Origin: an uncultured Anaerolinea sp.
GTDB taxonomy: Bacteria > Chloroflexota > Anaerolineae > JAAEKA01
Length of the DNA: 64,000 nucleotides
Direction: 5' to 3'
NCBI GenBank assembly: GCA_964626845.1
Contig: CAZVGR010000005.1
Coordinates: 36,557 to 100,556 of the forward strand
The notes under the pieces were generated by a model. It worked only from the letters and a program-made list of their open reading frames with translations. It had not been told where the DNA came from and did no database searches. The translations under genes were made by a program, and so were the position numbers. Shown here piece by piece: positions 16,201 through 26,500 of the stretch; position 1 is the first letter of the stretch, and each line of letters starts with the position of its first letter.

Positions 16201-17038
16201 GGTTAGCCCAAACGTTCAGGTCCAGCATGGTCTTGCCCACAATCTCATCTCCGGTGTAGCCGCTCATCTGGACGAAGCCGTCGTTGACCTCGAAGATTTG
16301 CCCGGTTGGCAGGCTGGTAAGCGTGACCGCGTAGGGGGCGGAACGAAAAACTCGGGCGTATTTCTCCTCCTGTGCCAGGATCTGTTCCACCAGCCGCCTG
16401 TTGACCATGGCTATCAGGCTGATGGTCAGCGAGACGTTGAGCATGATGTAGAAGGTCATGGCCAGCGAATTCACCAGCCCGGTCTGGAAAAAATCGTTGG
16501 TTTGGGCGGGGATGACCAGGTGCAGACTGATGCGGGTCAGGCTGACGGCGGCATAGCCGGCCAGCACCAGGCCGGTCAGGCGGGTCACGGGGCGCAGGCT
16601 GGGGCTGACTCTTCGCAGCAGCAGCCAGGAAGCCTGAGCGGCGAAGAGCAGCAGCGCTGCCGAGATGACGATCTCGCGCACTTTCAGGCTCGGCTGCACG
16701 AACAGGAAATAGGTCAACAAGACTGGCGCGGCAGCCGCCGCGACATAGTTCCAGCCTTGCCGGCGCTGCTTGCCTGTAAAGCGCTCCAGTCCGATGAGTA
16801 GCAACAGCGCCCCGCTGATTACAAATGTGTTGGCGACGACGACCGACAGAAAATCGGGCACGCGGCCGCGCACCAGGATTAGCCCTGCGCCCGCGAACTG
16901 GCACATCATATCGGCCAGCCAGAACGAGATGCCAGCAAAACGACGGCGGTTGTTCAGCCACAGCAGCCACAGCGCGCCCATGTTGATGGTCGCAATTGCC
17001 AGCAGCAGCAGGATCAGTGTCTTGATGTCAAAGATCAT
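13235..17038 (-). CDS. Membrane-bound hybrid sensor histidine kinase (N-terminal polytopic domain, PAS, GAF, PAS, HisKA, HATPase, REC, C-terminal tail)
   Basis: Probable start MIFDIKTLILLLL at 17038, 5 bp after the upstream gene's stop (the track ORF extends to 17323, N-terminal 95 aa implausible). ~7 hydrophobic helices, GAF-like region (YIYHYHEDRQEFVL...), H-box ISHELRTPLNAILGF, REC, tail SIDDFDYDAIL. Confidence 0.8.
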   Translation of the reverse strand: MIFDIKTLILLLLAIATINMGALWLLWLNNRRRFAGISFWLADMMCQFAGAGLILVRGRVPDFLSVVVANTFVISGALLLLIGLERFTGKQRRQGWNYVAAAAAPVLLTYFLFVQPSLKVREIVISAALLLFAAQASWLLLRRVSPSLRPVTRLTGLVLAGYAAVSLTRISLHLVIPAQTNDFFQTGLVNSLAMTFYIMLNVSLTISLIAMVNRRLVEQILAQEEKYARVFRSAPYAVTLTSLPTGQIFEVNDGFVQMSGYTGDEIVGKTMLDLNVWANPEDRNSLLEGLVAQGHLPAREVQFRRKSGELLTGLISAQVIVVNDEPCVMSSISDISERKQMENDLRASEELLSTMGSLAKVGGWGLDLKTNQLTWTRETYRIHEVEPDFRLELDSAINFYAPSARPVIQKAIERALTEDLPFDLELPFITAKGNHLWVRAIGNVDREDGQAARVYGVFQDITERKQAEEQITRSNMRLQKLVNILKHPAESVQQFLDYALAEAIELTESKIGYIYHYHEDRQEFVLNTWSKEVMPDCDVVNPQTCYELDKTGIWGEAVRQRRPIIVNDFQANHALKKGLPDGHVRLTSFMTTPIWRGQQIVGVIGLANKATDYQEDDVFQVSLLMDAVWSVVERKQAVEALRISEIRHRLLAENARDVVWVNGLDGSMTYVSPSVEQMRGVKPAESLQQPLEQILTPASQAVVQAYYQNLWAAVEAGLPLESFRGELEYIHKDGSTIWAEVMAFPILSPSGGFVEILGVSRDIRERKRAEEELRQANAQLAAQTAHASQMAAQAEAANRAKSQFLASISHELRTPLNAILGFSELMARDANLTAKQHENLAIINRSGDHLLALINDVLDMARIEAGRTVLQEGDFNLHHLLEDIADLFRLRAESKGISLTLTVWPGLPRWVHADQGKLRQILINLLSNAVKFTPSGRIDLSAQRTGGDDDRLLIAVQDTGSGILPADLTAIFEPFVQSANGHNAPDGTGLGLPISQQFARLMGGDLTAFSAGIPGEGSRFEVVLPLRLAVADGETGRPLADRPRTAFLAPGQPDYRLLVAEDHAESRELLAGLLTQLGFAVRTAGNGQEAIQVWEEWQPHLIWMDMRMPALDGHETTRRIKATAQGQQTVIVAISAGVLSDKHAAMRADGCDDFVGKPYRAEEIVACLVRHLGVQMVYADAPSVTPAAAPPAIDLTALPDGWAAQVRQAALAADAGQLLALAAEVEAAQPELAAALRRSIDDFDYDAILETGGIMMDRPLFHSLSTT

Positions 17039-19469
17039 CGTGGGCCGCCTTTGCCCTGCCGTTGAGAGCGGCAAGAATTGCGTCGTAGTCGTAGTCGTTG
17101 ATCCACACCCGCAGGGCATCGGCCAGCGCGGGCTGCACAGGCTGGGCGGCTGCGGCCAGATCGTCGAGCTGCGCTGTGTCGGCCGCCAGCGCGGCCTGGC
17201 GCACCTGATCGCTCCAGCCGGCCGGCAGAGCGGCGAGATCGAAAAGCTGCCGGGCGCCTTCTTCCGGATTGACTGGCGCATAAAGCATGCGCACGCCCAG
17301 ATGCCTGACCAGACAGTCGACAATCTCGTCGGCGCGGAAGGGCTTTTGCAGGAAATCGTCGCAACCGTCGGCCAGCACGGCGGCGCGCTCCTCTTCCAAC
17401 ACGCTGGCCGAAAGGGCGATGATCACCGTGGCCTGGCCTTGGGGGGTGGCCTTGATGCGCCGCGTCGCCTCGTGGCCATCCATCACCGGCATGCGCATGT
17501 CCATCCAGATCAGGTGCGGCTGCCACGCCTCCCACTGTTGCACAGCTTGCACGCCGTTCTCAGCGGTGCGCACGGCAAAGCCCCACTGGCTGAGCCACTG
17601 ATACAACAGTTGCCGGCTTGCCGGGTGATCCTCCACCACCAACAGGCGGTAGGCTGGCTGGTCAGGCTCCAGGCCAAGGACGCGCGGCCCGCCTGCGCGC
17701 AGACCGGCGCGTTCCTCAGGTTCCTCGACCGGTTCCAGGGGGATGCTGAACTGGAAGAGGCTGCCCTGGCCCGCCACGCCAGCGCTAAAGGCCGTCAGCT
17801 CGCCGCCCAGCAGGTGGACATACTGGCGGCTGATGGCCAGGCCCAGCCCGGTCCCTTCGCGGGCAGCGTGACCGTTGCCAGCCTGCACGAAGGGATCAAA
17901 AATAGTCGCCAGCTCCTCAGGTGCAATGCCGGGGCCGCTGTCCTGCACGGCGAAAAGCAGCCGCCCGCTGCCGTCGTCGGCCCAACTCACCGACAGCTCG
18001 ACCAGGCCGGTCTCGGTGAACTTCACTGCGTTACCCATCAGGTTGATCAGCACCTGGCGCAGCTTGCCCTGGTCGCCATGCACCCAACGAGGCGCATCGG
18101 GCCAGAGCGTGAGAACCAGCAGCAGCCCTTTGGCTTCAGCGCGCAGCCGGAACAGATCGACCAGGTCTTCCAACAGTTGGTGCAGGTTGAAGTCGACCTG
18201 GTTGAGCGTGCTGCGGCCGGCCTCGATCTTAGCCAGGTCCAGCACATCGTTGATCAGGCTTAAGAGGTGGGCGCCGCTGTGATTGATGATGGCCAGGGTG
18301 TCCGCCTGTTGGCGTGAGAGTCCGGGATCTCGGCTCATCAGCTCGGAGAAGCCCAGAATGGCGTTCAGCGGCGTGCGCAGCTCGTGGCTCATGCTGGCCA
18401 GGAAGATGCTCTTGGCGCGATTGGCGGCCTGGGCCACATCTCTGGCGTGAGCCAGCTCTTCTTCGTTCTGTTTTCGCTGGGTGATATCGTGCAGTGTGGC
18501 CAGCCGGCCGGTTGCGTGCTGAAAACGGTCAACCAACGGCGCCACATACACGTCATAGATGTGCTGGCAGCCCAGGGGCGTGCATAGCTCGCGATGGGTT
18601 TCCTGGTCACAGTCCAGCACCTCGTTCAGCTCAGGCCAGGAGCGCAGCGCCAGCGCAGCCGGCTGGCCGATGACGGCGGGGGACAGTTGCGTGATCCGCT
18701 GCGCGGCCGGGTTGATGTCCACGATGCGCCGCTGAGGGTCGAGCACGATCACGCCGTCGGCCATGCTCTCAACCAGCTTGTCGCGCGCAATGGGCGCCAC
18801 ATCCAGCAGGTGATAGTAAAACAAACCAACGGCGAACATCAGCCCGGACAGGGTGAAGACGAAGGGGGTGATGTCCAGGTCAGGAAAAGGGCTGAGCCCG
18901 GCGATGCTGATGACGTTGCCTATCCACGGCAAAAGCGCGCCCAGGAGGATAACGCCGGTCTGGGGGCGATAAAAAGCCGGGGTGCGCCGATAGGCCCGCA
19001 CCAACAGCGCCACTGCCAGCAACAGCAAGCCATAGGAATAAAGGGCATTGAACCAGAACGCCGGGCCGCCATTGAGGATTGAGCCGGTGGTGCGCCGGCC
19101 GCCGTAAAACAGGCCGTGCCAATCGTCGGTCCAGAGCAGGATCAGAGTCAGCGCCGGCGCCACGCAAAGCAACAGGAGCCTGCGCCGCGTCAGCCAGTGC
19201 GCACGGCCGGTGTATTGCAAGACGAAGATCAAAAACGCGACAGGAATGAGCACAACCCCGAAGTAGGTGGCATCCAGCCAAAAATACTGCTTTGGCAGAT
19301 CTGAAACATGCCAGCGGATGGCGTAGGTCAGGGACCAAATCACCAACGCTGACATGAAGAGTATCATCGCCGGCGCGCCGGGGGCGCTGCGACGACGCCA
19401 ACTGAGCGCCACAACTGCGGCCGCCATAAGGGCTGAAAGGATGAGAGCCAGGGAATAGTGCCAGTTCAT
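17028..19469 (-). CDS. Hybrid sensor histidine kinase with N-terminal 7TM sensor domain (PAS, HisKA, HATPase, REC, C-terminal tail)
   Basis: Seven predicted TM helices in the first ~220 aa, PAS, H-box MSHELRTPLNAILGF, REC (HLIWMDMRMPVMDG), tail WINDYDYDAILAAL. 4-bp overlap with the upstream gene. Confidence 0.85.
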   Translation of the reverse strand: MNWHYSLALILSALMAAAVVALSWRRRSAPGAPAMILFMSALVIWSLTYAIRWHVSDLPKQYFWLDATYFGVVLIPVAFLIFVLQYTGRAHWLTRRRLLLLCVAPALTLILLWTDDWHGLFYGGRRTTGSILNGGPAFWFNALYSYGLLLLAVALLVRAYRRTPAFYRPQTGVILLGALLPWIGNVISIAGLSPFPDLDITPFVFTLSGLMFAVGLFYYHLLDVAPIARDKLVESMADGVIVLDPQRRIVDINPAAQRITQLSPAVIGQPAALALRSWPELNEVLDCDQETHRELCTPLGCQHIYDVYVAPLVDRFQHATGRLATLHDITQRKQNEEELAHARDVAQAANRAKSIFLASMSHELRTPLNAILGFSELMSRDPGLSRQQADTLAIINHSGAHLLSLINDVLDLAKIEAGRSTLNQVDFNLHQLLEDLVDLFRLRAEAKGLLLVLTLWPDAPRWVHGDQGKLRQVLINLMGNAVKFTETGLVELSVSWADDGSGRLLFAVQDSGPGIAPEELATIFDPFVQAGNGHAAREGTGLGLAISRQYVHLLGGELTAFSAGVAGQGSLFQFSIPLEPVEEPEERAGLRAGGPRVLGLEPDQPAYRLLVVEDHPASRQLLYQWLSQWGFAVRTAENGVQAVQQWEAWQPHLIWMDMRMPVMDGHEATRRIKATPQGQATVIIALSASVLEEERAAVLADGCDDFLQKPFRADEIVDCLVRHLGVRMLYAPVNPEEGARQLFDLAALPAGWSDQVRQAALAADTAQLDDLAAAAQPVQPALADALRVWINDYDYDAILAALNGRAKAAHDDL

Positions 19470-22400
19470 CGGGCTTGATCCAGATCAGACAGGAGGGGCT
19501 CTGCTGGCTCGGCGGCGGCCAGCAAAGCCAGGATCGCGTCATAGTCATAGACATCCAGCCAATCGCGCAACACATCGGCCAGCACAGGCCACTGCTCGTT
19601 CACATCGTCTGCCAGGCGCAGCAGGCGAGTAGCGTCGGCTGCGATAGCCGCCTGTTGCACCTGGTCTCGCCAGGCAGGGGGCAGGCTGGCGAGGTCGATG
19701 CCTGCCAGCTTCTGCTGGCTGGCCTGCGTTTGCTTGTCTGGCGTTGCAGCATAGAGCATGCGCACGCCCAGGTGATTGACCAGGCAGTCCACGATCTCGG
19801 CCATGCGGAAGGGCTTGCGCACGAAGTCATCGCAGCCGCTGGCCAGCATCAATGCTTTCTGTTCAGCCAGAACGCTGGCCGAGATGGCGATGATGACGGT
19901 GTCCTGGCCGTTGGGCATGGCCTTGATGCGCCGTGTAGCCTCATAGCCGTTCATCACCGGCATGCGGATGTCCATCCAGATCAGATGCGGCCGCCAGTCC
20001 TGCCAGACATCGAGGGCCTCCAGGCCGTTGTCGGCTGTGCGCACGGCGAAGCCCAACTGTGTCAGCAGGCTGGTCAGCAGCCGCTGGCTTTCGGGGCGAT
20101 CCTCGACGACCAGCAGGCGATATTCAGGCTGGCCCGGCTCCAGGCCGATGGCATGTTCGCTGGGCGTGGCGTGTTCGTGGGTGAACTCAGCCACTTCCGG
20201 TAAGGCAATGGCAAACTCGAAGCGGCTGCCCTGGCCCGGCTCGCCTGTGCTGGCAGCGATCAGATCGCCGCCCATCAAGCGCACAAACTCGCGGCTGATG
20301 GGCAGGCCCAGGCCGGTGCCCTGCGGCGCAATGTGCTCGTTGCTTGACTGCATGAAAGGCTCGAAAATCACCGTCAGATCGTCGGCCGGAATGCCCAGGC
20401 CGGTGTCCTGCACGGTGAAGACCACGCGGCCGCTGCCATCGTCCGCGCAGCGCACTGTCAGGTCGACGCTGCCTGCGTCGGTGAACTTGAACGCGTTGTC
20501 CAGCAGGTTGATCAACACCTGGCGCAGCTTGCCTTCGTCGGCATGAACCAGACGAGGGACGTCAGCAGAGCGGGCGCAGCGCAGCTCGATATTCTTGACA
20601 ATCGCACGCAGGCCGAACATCTCGTCCAGCTCATCCAGCATTCGGTGCAGGTCGAAGCTATCTTCTTGCAGCGTGATGCGCCCCGACTCGATTTTGGACA
20701 CGTCTAACACGGTGTTGATCAGGCCCAGCAGATGCTCGCCGCTGCGGTTGATGATGGTCAGATTCTCCCGTTGGTCCGGCGTCAACCCAGGGTCGCGCGC
20801 GATCAGCTCGGAGAAGCCCAGGATAGCGTTGAGCGGCGTGCGCAGCTCGTGACTCATATTGGCCAGGAACTGGCTTTTGGCGCGGTTGGCGGCCTCAGCG
20901 GCCTCCTTGGCCTCGGCCAGTGCGGCTTCGGCCAGTTTGCGCTCGGTGATGTCGTGGCCCTGAGCGATGGTGGCGACCACAGTCTGGCCATCGGGGCCAT
21001 AGAGCATGGCCGAGTTCCACAGCAGCGTGTGCAGCTTGCCAGTGCTGTCTTCGATGGTGATCTCCACCGTTTCCCAGCGGCGCCCCGTGGTGGTGTAGAT
21101 GTAGTTCAAGGAGGCTTGGCGCTGCTCGACCGGAAAGAGAAGCCCCAGCCCCTGGCCCAGCATGTCGCTGGCGCTGCGGCCGGTCAGCCGCTCGAATGCC
21201 TTGTTGAACTGGGTAATCTTATAGTCAGCGTCCCAGACAATGATCGGCGCGTTGGCGTAGTTCAGCAGGTTTTGCAGGTATTCACTGGTCTCGTGCAGGG
21301 CATGCTCGACGCGGGTGAGCTCGGTGATTTCACGGGCAAGCTGGATGCGGCTGTAGCTGAGGTTAGAGATCATTTCGGCGAACTGCGAGTAAAACTGCAT
21401 GATCTCGTCGACGCGTTGATGGCTGAAACGCGGCGCCCGCGCCAGGGCTGCCAGATAGGTCTTCTCCTCGAAGCCGTAGAACTGAGCCTGAGCGCGGAAG
21501 AGCTCGATGTCAGGTTCCTCATCCTCAAAGAAGAACTGGCTGAGAAACAGGTTGCCAATGGGGTTGCCAGCTACCACGATGGGAGTGGCCACGTCCTGCA
21601 TGTGATTCCTGCATTTATAGATCTTGAAGTTGCCCGGCTCGGCTCCCTGCGCTAAAACCGTGGCGCTTTCGATGCAAAAGCTGCACGACACAGGGTCCGC
21701 CCGGTGGAACCGGGTGCAGATATCCTGCCGGCCGGTGGAGACCAGGATGTTGCCACGCATATCCATGATCGAGATGCCTATCTGGGTGATGGCGTAGAGA
21801 TGATCCAGCATGGCCTGGACGGCCGGCAGGTCGATGATGTCTCGCAGCTCCAGCTTGCTGATGTCCGCATCGGGGGTGAGAATGGCGTCGAGCCGCGCCC
21901 GCACCTGATCCTTTTCGCGGCGCAGGTTCGCCTCGCTCTCACGCAGCGCATCCTCAGCGCGCTTGCGTTCGCTGATGTCGCGCGCCAGGCCGCAGATATA
22001 GGCGCGGTCATGGAACTGAATATAGTTGGTCTGCACTTCAACAGGCAGCAACTCGCCTGTCTTCTTACGATGCCACCCTTCGATAGCCAGCGACTTCTGG
22101 CGCTGCATCTCCTGCCATCGGTCTTGCCACTGTTCAGGCGTCACATCCGCGTCCACCTGCCACACAGACATGCTCAGCAGCTCGTCCTGGGAATAGCCCA
22201 GTTGCGCACAAGCAGCTCTGTTGACATAGGCCAGACGACCATCGGCAGTTGCCCAGTAGGCCGCGTCGGCGCTGTGATCGACGACGAACTGGGTGAAGTG
22301 CAGCCGCTCCTCAGCCTGAATTCGCTCGGTGATGTCCTGGATGGTGGCCACTGCGTACTGCACTGAGCCGTCAGGCTGGCGCACACAGCCCACCGAGAGC

Positions 22401-23230
22401 ATGACCCAGAGGATGGTCCCGTCCTTGCGAATGAAGCGTTTCTCCAGCCCATAGGTGTCGATTTCGCCGGCCAGCAGCCGTTGGAACTGCTGCAAATCGG
22501 CGGGCAGGTCATCAGGGTGGGTCAGCTCAGCCCAGGTCATGCCGGCCAGCTCTTCGGCAGAATAGCCGAGCATGGCGCAGATGCTATGGTTGACCTCCAG
22601 CCATCCTTTTTCCAGCGACGTAACAGCCAGGCCGACATAGGGGGCATCAAAGTAACTGCGCAGTTGCGCCTCGCGCTCGGTCAGCCTGGCGGCGGTCTGC
22701 TCGGCGCCCCTCTTCGCCTGCTCCAAAGCGGCGGTACGCTCTTGCACCCTGTCTTCCAGCAAGGCGCGCTCAGCAGCCAGCTCGCGCAGCGCCTCCCGCC
22801 GCTGCCGCACGGCTGTGAGCAGATAAGCTGTCAGCAGCAGAAAGAAGATCAGCAGGACCAGCGCGCCGATAGCCGGCCACACGATGTCCCGCCAATGCGA
22901 AAGCGGCCTTGGGTGTTCGATGCGGGCGTTACCCTGCGGCAGAGCGCGTTTCGCAGTAGGGCTATCGAGGACTGCGCCGGAGAATTCAGTCGGGGGGTGT
23001 GAGGCCGCCAGCGCATCAAGCAGGCTGCGTTGACTCCCTGTGTACCGTGAGTAGCTTAGAGAGGCTGCATTGAGCGCCAACTTGCTGGGGGGCTGGTCAG
23101 CGGCGCTCTGCGCTTCGACGGCGGCGGGGGCGGCCATGGCCAGCGTCACAAGCACGAACAAACACAGCGTTGGCCTGTTGATCCAGTGGGGCAGGCGGCA
23201 AGACATCGTTCGAAGATAGGAAAAGATCAT
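19466..23230 (-). CDS. Hybrid sensor histidine kinase with signal peptide/periplasmic segment, TM, PAS domains, a PocR sensory domain, HisKA, HATPase, REC, C-terminal tail
   Basis: Signal-like MSCRLPHWINRPTLCLFVLVTLAMAAPAAVEA, TM WPAIGALVLLIFFLLLTAYLL. PocR-like block with cysteines (CTRFHRADPVSCSFC...YKCRNH). H-box MSHELRTPLNAILGF, REC, tail WLDVYDYDAILALL. Confidence 0.8.
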   Translation of the reverse strand: MIFSYLRTMSCRLPHWINRPTLCLFVLVTLAMAAPAAVEAQSAADQPPSKLALNAASLSYSRYTGSQRSLLDALAASHPPTEFSGAVLDSPTAKRALPQGNARIEHPRPLSHWRDIVWPAIGALVLLIFFLLLTAYLLTAVRQRREALRELAAERALLEDRVQERTAALEQAKRGAEQTAARLTEREAQLRSYFDAPYVGLAVTSLEKGWLEVNHSICAMLGYSAEELAGMTWAELTHPDDLPADLQQFQRLLAGEIDTYGLEKRFIRKDGTILWVMLSVGCVRQPDGSVQYAVATIQDITERIQAEERLHFTQFVVDHSADAAYWATADGRLAYVNRAACAQLGYSQDELLSMSVWQVDADVTPEQWQDRWQEMQRQKSLAIEGWHRKKTGELLPVEVQTNYIQFHDRAYICGLARDISERKRAEDALRESEANLRREKDQVRARLDAILTPDADISKLELRDIIDLPAVQAMLDHLYAITQIGISIMDMRGNILVSTGRQDICTRFHRADPVSCSFCIESATVLAQGAEPGNFKIYKCRNHMQDVATPIVVAGNPIGNLFLSQFFFEDEEPDIELFRAQAQFYGFEEKTYLAALARAPRFSHQRVDEIMQFYSQFAEMISNLSYSRIQLAREITELTRVEHALHETSEYLQNLLNYANAPIIVWDADYKITQFNKAFERLTGRSASDMLGQGLGLLFPVEQRQASLNYIYTTTGRRWETVEITIEDSTGKLHTLLWNSAMLYGPDGQTVVATIAQGHDITERKLAEAALAEAKEAAEAANRAKSQFLANMSHELRTPLNAILGFSELIARDPGLTPDQRENLTIINRSGEHLLGLINTVLDVSKIESGRITLQEDSFDLHRMLDELDEMFGLRAIVKNIELRCARSADVPRLVHADEGKLRQVLINLLDNAFKFTDAGSVDLTVRCADDGSGRVVFTVQDTGLGIPADDLTVIFEPFMQSSNEHIAPQGTGLGLPISREFVRLMGGDLIAASTGEPGQGSRFEFAIALPEVAEFTHEHATPSEHAIGLEPGQPEYRLLVVEDRPESQRLLTSLLTQLGFAVRTADNGLEALDVWQDWRPHLIWMDIRMPVMNGYEATRRIKAMPNGQDTVIIAISASVLAEQKALMLASGCDDFVRKPFRMAEIVDCLVNHLGVRMLYAATPDKQTQASQQKLAGIDLASLPPAWRDQVQQAAIAADATRLLRLADDVNEQWPVLADVLRDWLDVYDYDAILALLAAAEPAEPLLSDLDQAR

Positions 23231-23504
23231 CGCAGGGGGCTTTCATAAGCTCAGCAGTCCACAACTCACCCCCGTAGTATGCACTCTGGTGCGCCAAAGG
23301 ACTACGGGCCGAATCGTGGACTACTGACTGACCTGCTCCAGCGGCCAGCGTCTGAGTGGGGGGTAATTACTGGGCCGCAGGAGTATCCACGTCGTCTTGC
23401 CACATTGTAGCACGCTGCTATCACTTAAGCAACAGTGCATTTATTCACCTTGGACGCCGGGCGCTTGAGCCCACACCCATCGATGACCAGCGCCCGGCGC
23501 CTTA

Positions 23505-26500
23505 TCAGTCACGCAACCGTTGTCTGGCCAGCCTGCTGGCTCCGGCCGCGGCCGCCAGAAGGGCCAGCGCAGGCAGCCAGGCGGGCGCGCCGGTCTGCGC
23601 CGCGGCATGGAAGCTGCTCCAGACAACGGCGGTGGGCGCATCGAACCGCGCCGAGACCGGACCAAAACGCTGCACAGAGCCATCCAGCGCCACAGCCTCC
23701 AGCCAATACCAGTAAGTCTCGCCAGGCAGCACATCCAGGTCGTCGTAGGCATAGAAGAAGCCGCCCGATGCGCCGGGGGACTGCGCCGGGATAAACGCCA
23801 ACAGATGCTGCCCGCCCTGGCTGGCGTCACTGCGCAGCAGGTGGAAGCCCTGGTTGTCCAGCTCGCTGGCCGTTTGCCACTGGATCTGCACGCGATCCGG
23901 CTGGCTGACCGCGCTCAGCATCTCCAGGGTCACGGCCAACGGCGTCTGGAACAAGGCTGAAACCGGCCCGAAGCTCTGGGTACTGCCGTCCGTGTCGAGA
24001 GCCTCCAGCCAGTACCAATAGGTGACGCCTGAGATCACGTCGTAGTCTTTGTACTCATACATGAAGCCGGCGGGACTGCCCGTGGACTGAGAGGGGATGT
24101 AGGCCAACGACTGGGGCGGCCCCTGGCTGGAGGTGCTGCGCAACAGGTAGAAGCCGCGGTTGTCCAGCTCGCTGGCCGTCTCCCATTCGACCAGGATATG
24201 GTCCATCTTACGCTCGGCCGCGAACGACACCATGGTCACAGCCGTCGGGCCGACGATGATGGGCGTGGTGTACACGTCCAGGCCCTCTGCCAGATTGGTG
24301 TAGCCGCTGGGCGGGATGATCTCGGCCATCATCACCAGATCGGCCGGGCCTGCAGTGGGCGCCACCGTCCCAACCACGGTAATCGTGATGATCCCGCCCG
24401 GCTGCAAGGTAAGGGTCTGGCTGAAACCGTTGCTGCCGCTAGGCGTCGTGCAGGAAGAGCCGCTGGAGGCGACGCATTGCCAGGTGACGCTGCCAAGCTC
24501 CTCTGGCAACGTGTCGCTGACAATGGGCGAGGCTGCAGTCGGGCCGTTGTTGGTGATCACAATCGTGTGCGTGATCAGATTCCCCTGCTTGACTGGGTTG
24601 GGTGTGCCGCTGATCTTCAACGGAATGTTGATCACCGGCTGCAGCACGCTGCCCGCGCCGCTCTCGCCGCTGTAGCTGATAGCATAGCCGTTCTGGTAAC
24701 TGGTAGTCGCCCGGTTAGTCAGCAGATTGCTGCCGCTGGCCAGCACGGTGATGGTATGGCTGTCAGTGGCCAGACTGCCCAGCCCGTCGCGCGCCGTTAC
24801 CACCGCCGTGTAGACGCCCGGCGTGCTGTAGGTGTGCTCGATGCTGGTGTTGGTAGTATACGACGCGCTCTGGTTGTCCCCGAAGCTGATGGTGTAGCTG
24901 AAGGGCAGCTTGCCGCGCAGCAATGGCAACATGGAAAACGTGACTTCTTCATCTTCCAGAGTTATCGATGGGGCGGTGACAAAGGGCACCGAGCGGCTAA
25001 AGGAGGCCTCCAGACGGTACAACAGGGCTGGATGGTCCTTGCCGCCGTATTCGGGGTGGCCGCCGTGGGTGCTGCCGGTGAGGCGCAGGGCCAGCAGGTT
25101 GACGCCGGCCAGCACGGCGCTGCTGACATCAGTGGCCGCGGCGTGACCCGCGCCATACTGAGTGGCCATATAGCGGCCATTGACGTAGATATCGACGATG
25201 TCGTCGCTGGCCGTCTGCAAGCTGGCCTGAAAACCGCGCGCGTTGGGCGGCAGGTAGAAGTATTGGCGGAAGAAGCTGTAGTTGCGGTCGATCTGCGGCT
25301 CCGGCTCGACCGCCACCCACTCGGCGCCCAGGGTTGCAGCCGGCAGCCAGTAAGGCTCGGTCGTCGCCGGGGGCTTCACGGTCTCCCAGAGCGAGTCGTC
25401 AAAGATCGGGCCATCAAGCTGTGGATTGCTCGTCCAGCCGGCCGGGCCAACCGGGTTGGCGTCGCCCCAGTAGCCCAGGATCGTGGAACAGCCCGCCGAG
25501 AAGCACCACGGACTGCTCACCGACTTGACGGTCGAGGTCAGAACCAGTGAACCTGAGGCGCTCTCGCTGCTGGCGGTGGGGGCTGACTGGCTGGCGCCGC
25601 CCGCGCCCACCCCGACCGTGACGGCAAAGCTGACCTGCCCGGTGGCGCCGACCCCCAGGTTGCCCAGATTCCAGGTGACCTTGCCACCGTTGGCGCTGCC
25701 GCCGCCGCTGATGCTGCCCGCAACCAGTGTCGTGTTGGCGGGGATCACATCGCTGATGACAACGCTGCGGGCTGCGACCGGGCCATCGTTGCGATAGACA
25801 ATGGTGTACGTGATCTGTCCGCTGACATAGCTCTGGCCGGCCACGCTCTTTTCCAGCACCAGGATGGGGCGAGCAATGCGCACGATATCCTCGGCGCTGT
25901 TGGTGCTGGGGTCCGGGTCTGGCCCACCAGCGCCGTCGTCGTCGATCTCCACCCGGTTGATGGTCAATTCGCCTGAGGCCGAAGCATCGACGGTGGCGGT
26001 CAGCACGATGGCGTGGGGACCATCGACAGCCACCTCGCCCAGGGTCCAGGTGACGACGCCAGCAGCATGGATGCCGGGTGGAGCGCTCTCCACGTAGGTC
26101 ATCCTTGGGTCCAGGGTGTCGGTGATGAGCACGCCCGAGGCCACCTGGCTGCCTGTGTTGCTGTAGGTGAGCGTGTACCGGACAGTCTGGTTGGCCTCGA
26201 AGTAGGTGCCGCTGTGGCTCTTGCGGATCACCAGGTCGGGCTGGGCGTTAACCGCCATCACCGCGGTGGACTGGTTGTCGGCCAGCACAGGGTCGCCCAC
26301 AGACGAGGTAATGTAGGCCGTGTTGCTGATCTGCTCCACGCCGGCCGGCAGCACATCGGTGATGCGCACGGTGAAGCTGATCACCCCGCTGGCGCCGGCT
26401 GCCAGATCGCCCAGGCTGAAACTGATCACCCGGCTTGCGCTGATATATTGCCCCTGATCTTCGTCATCGCCATCCGTCACGGGGCTGCCGTTCTGCTTCA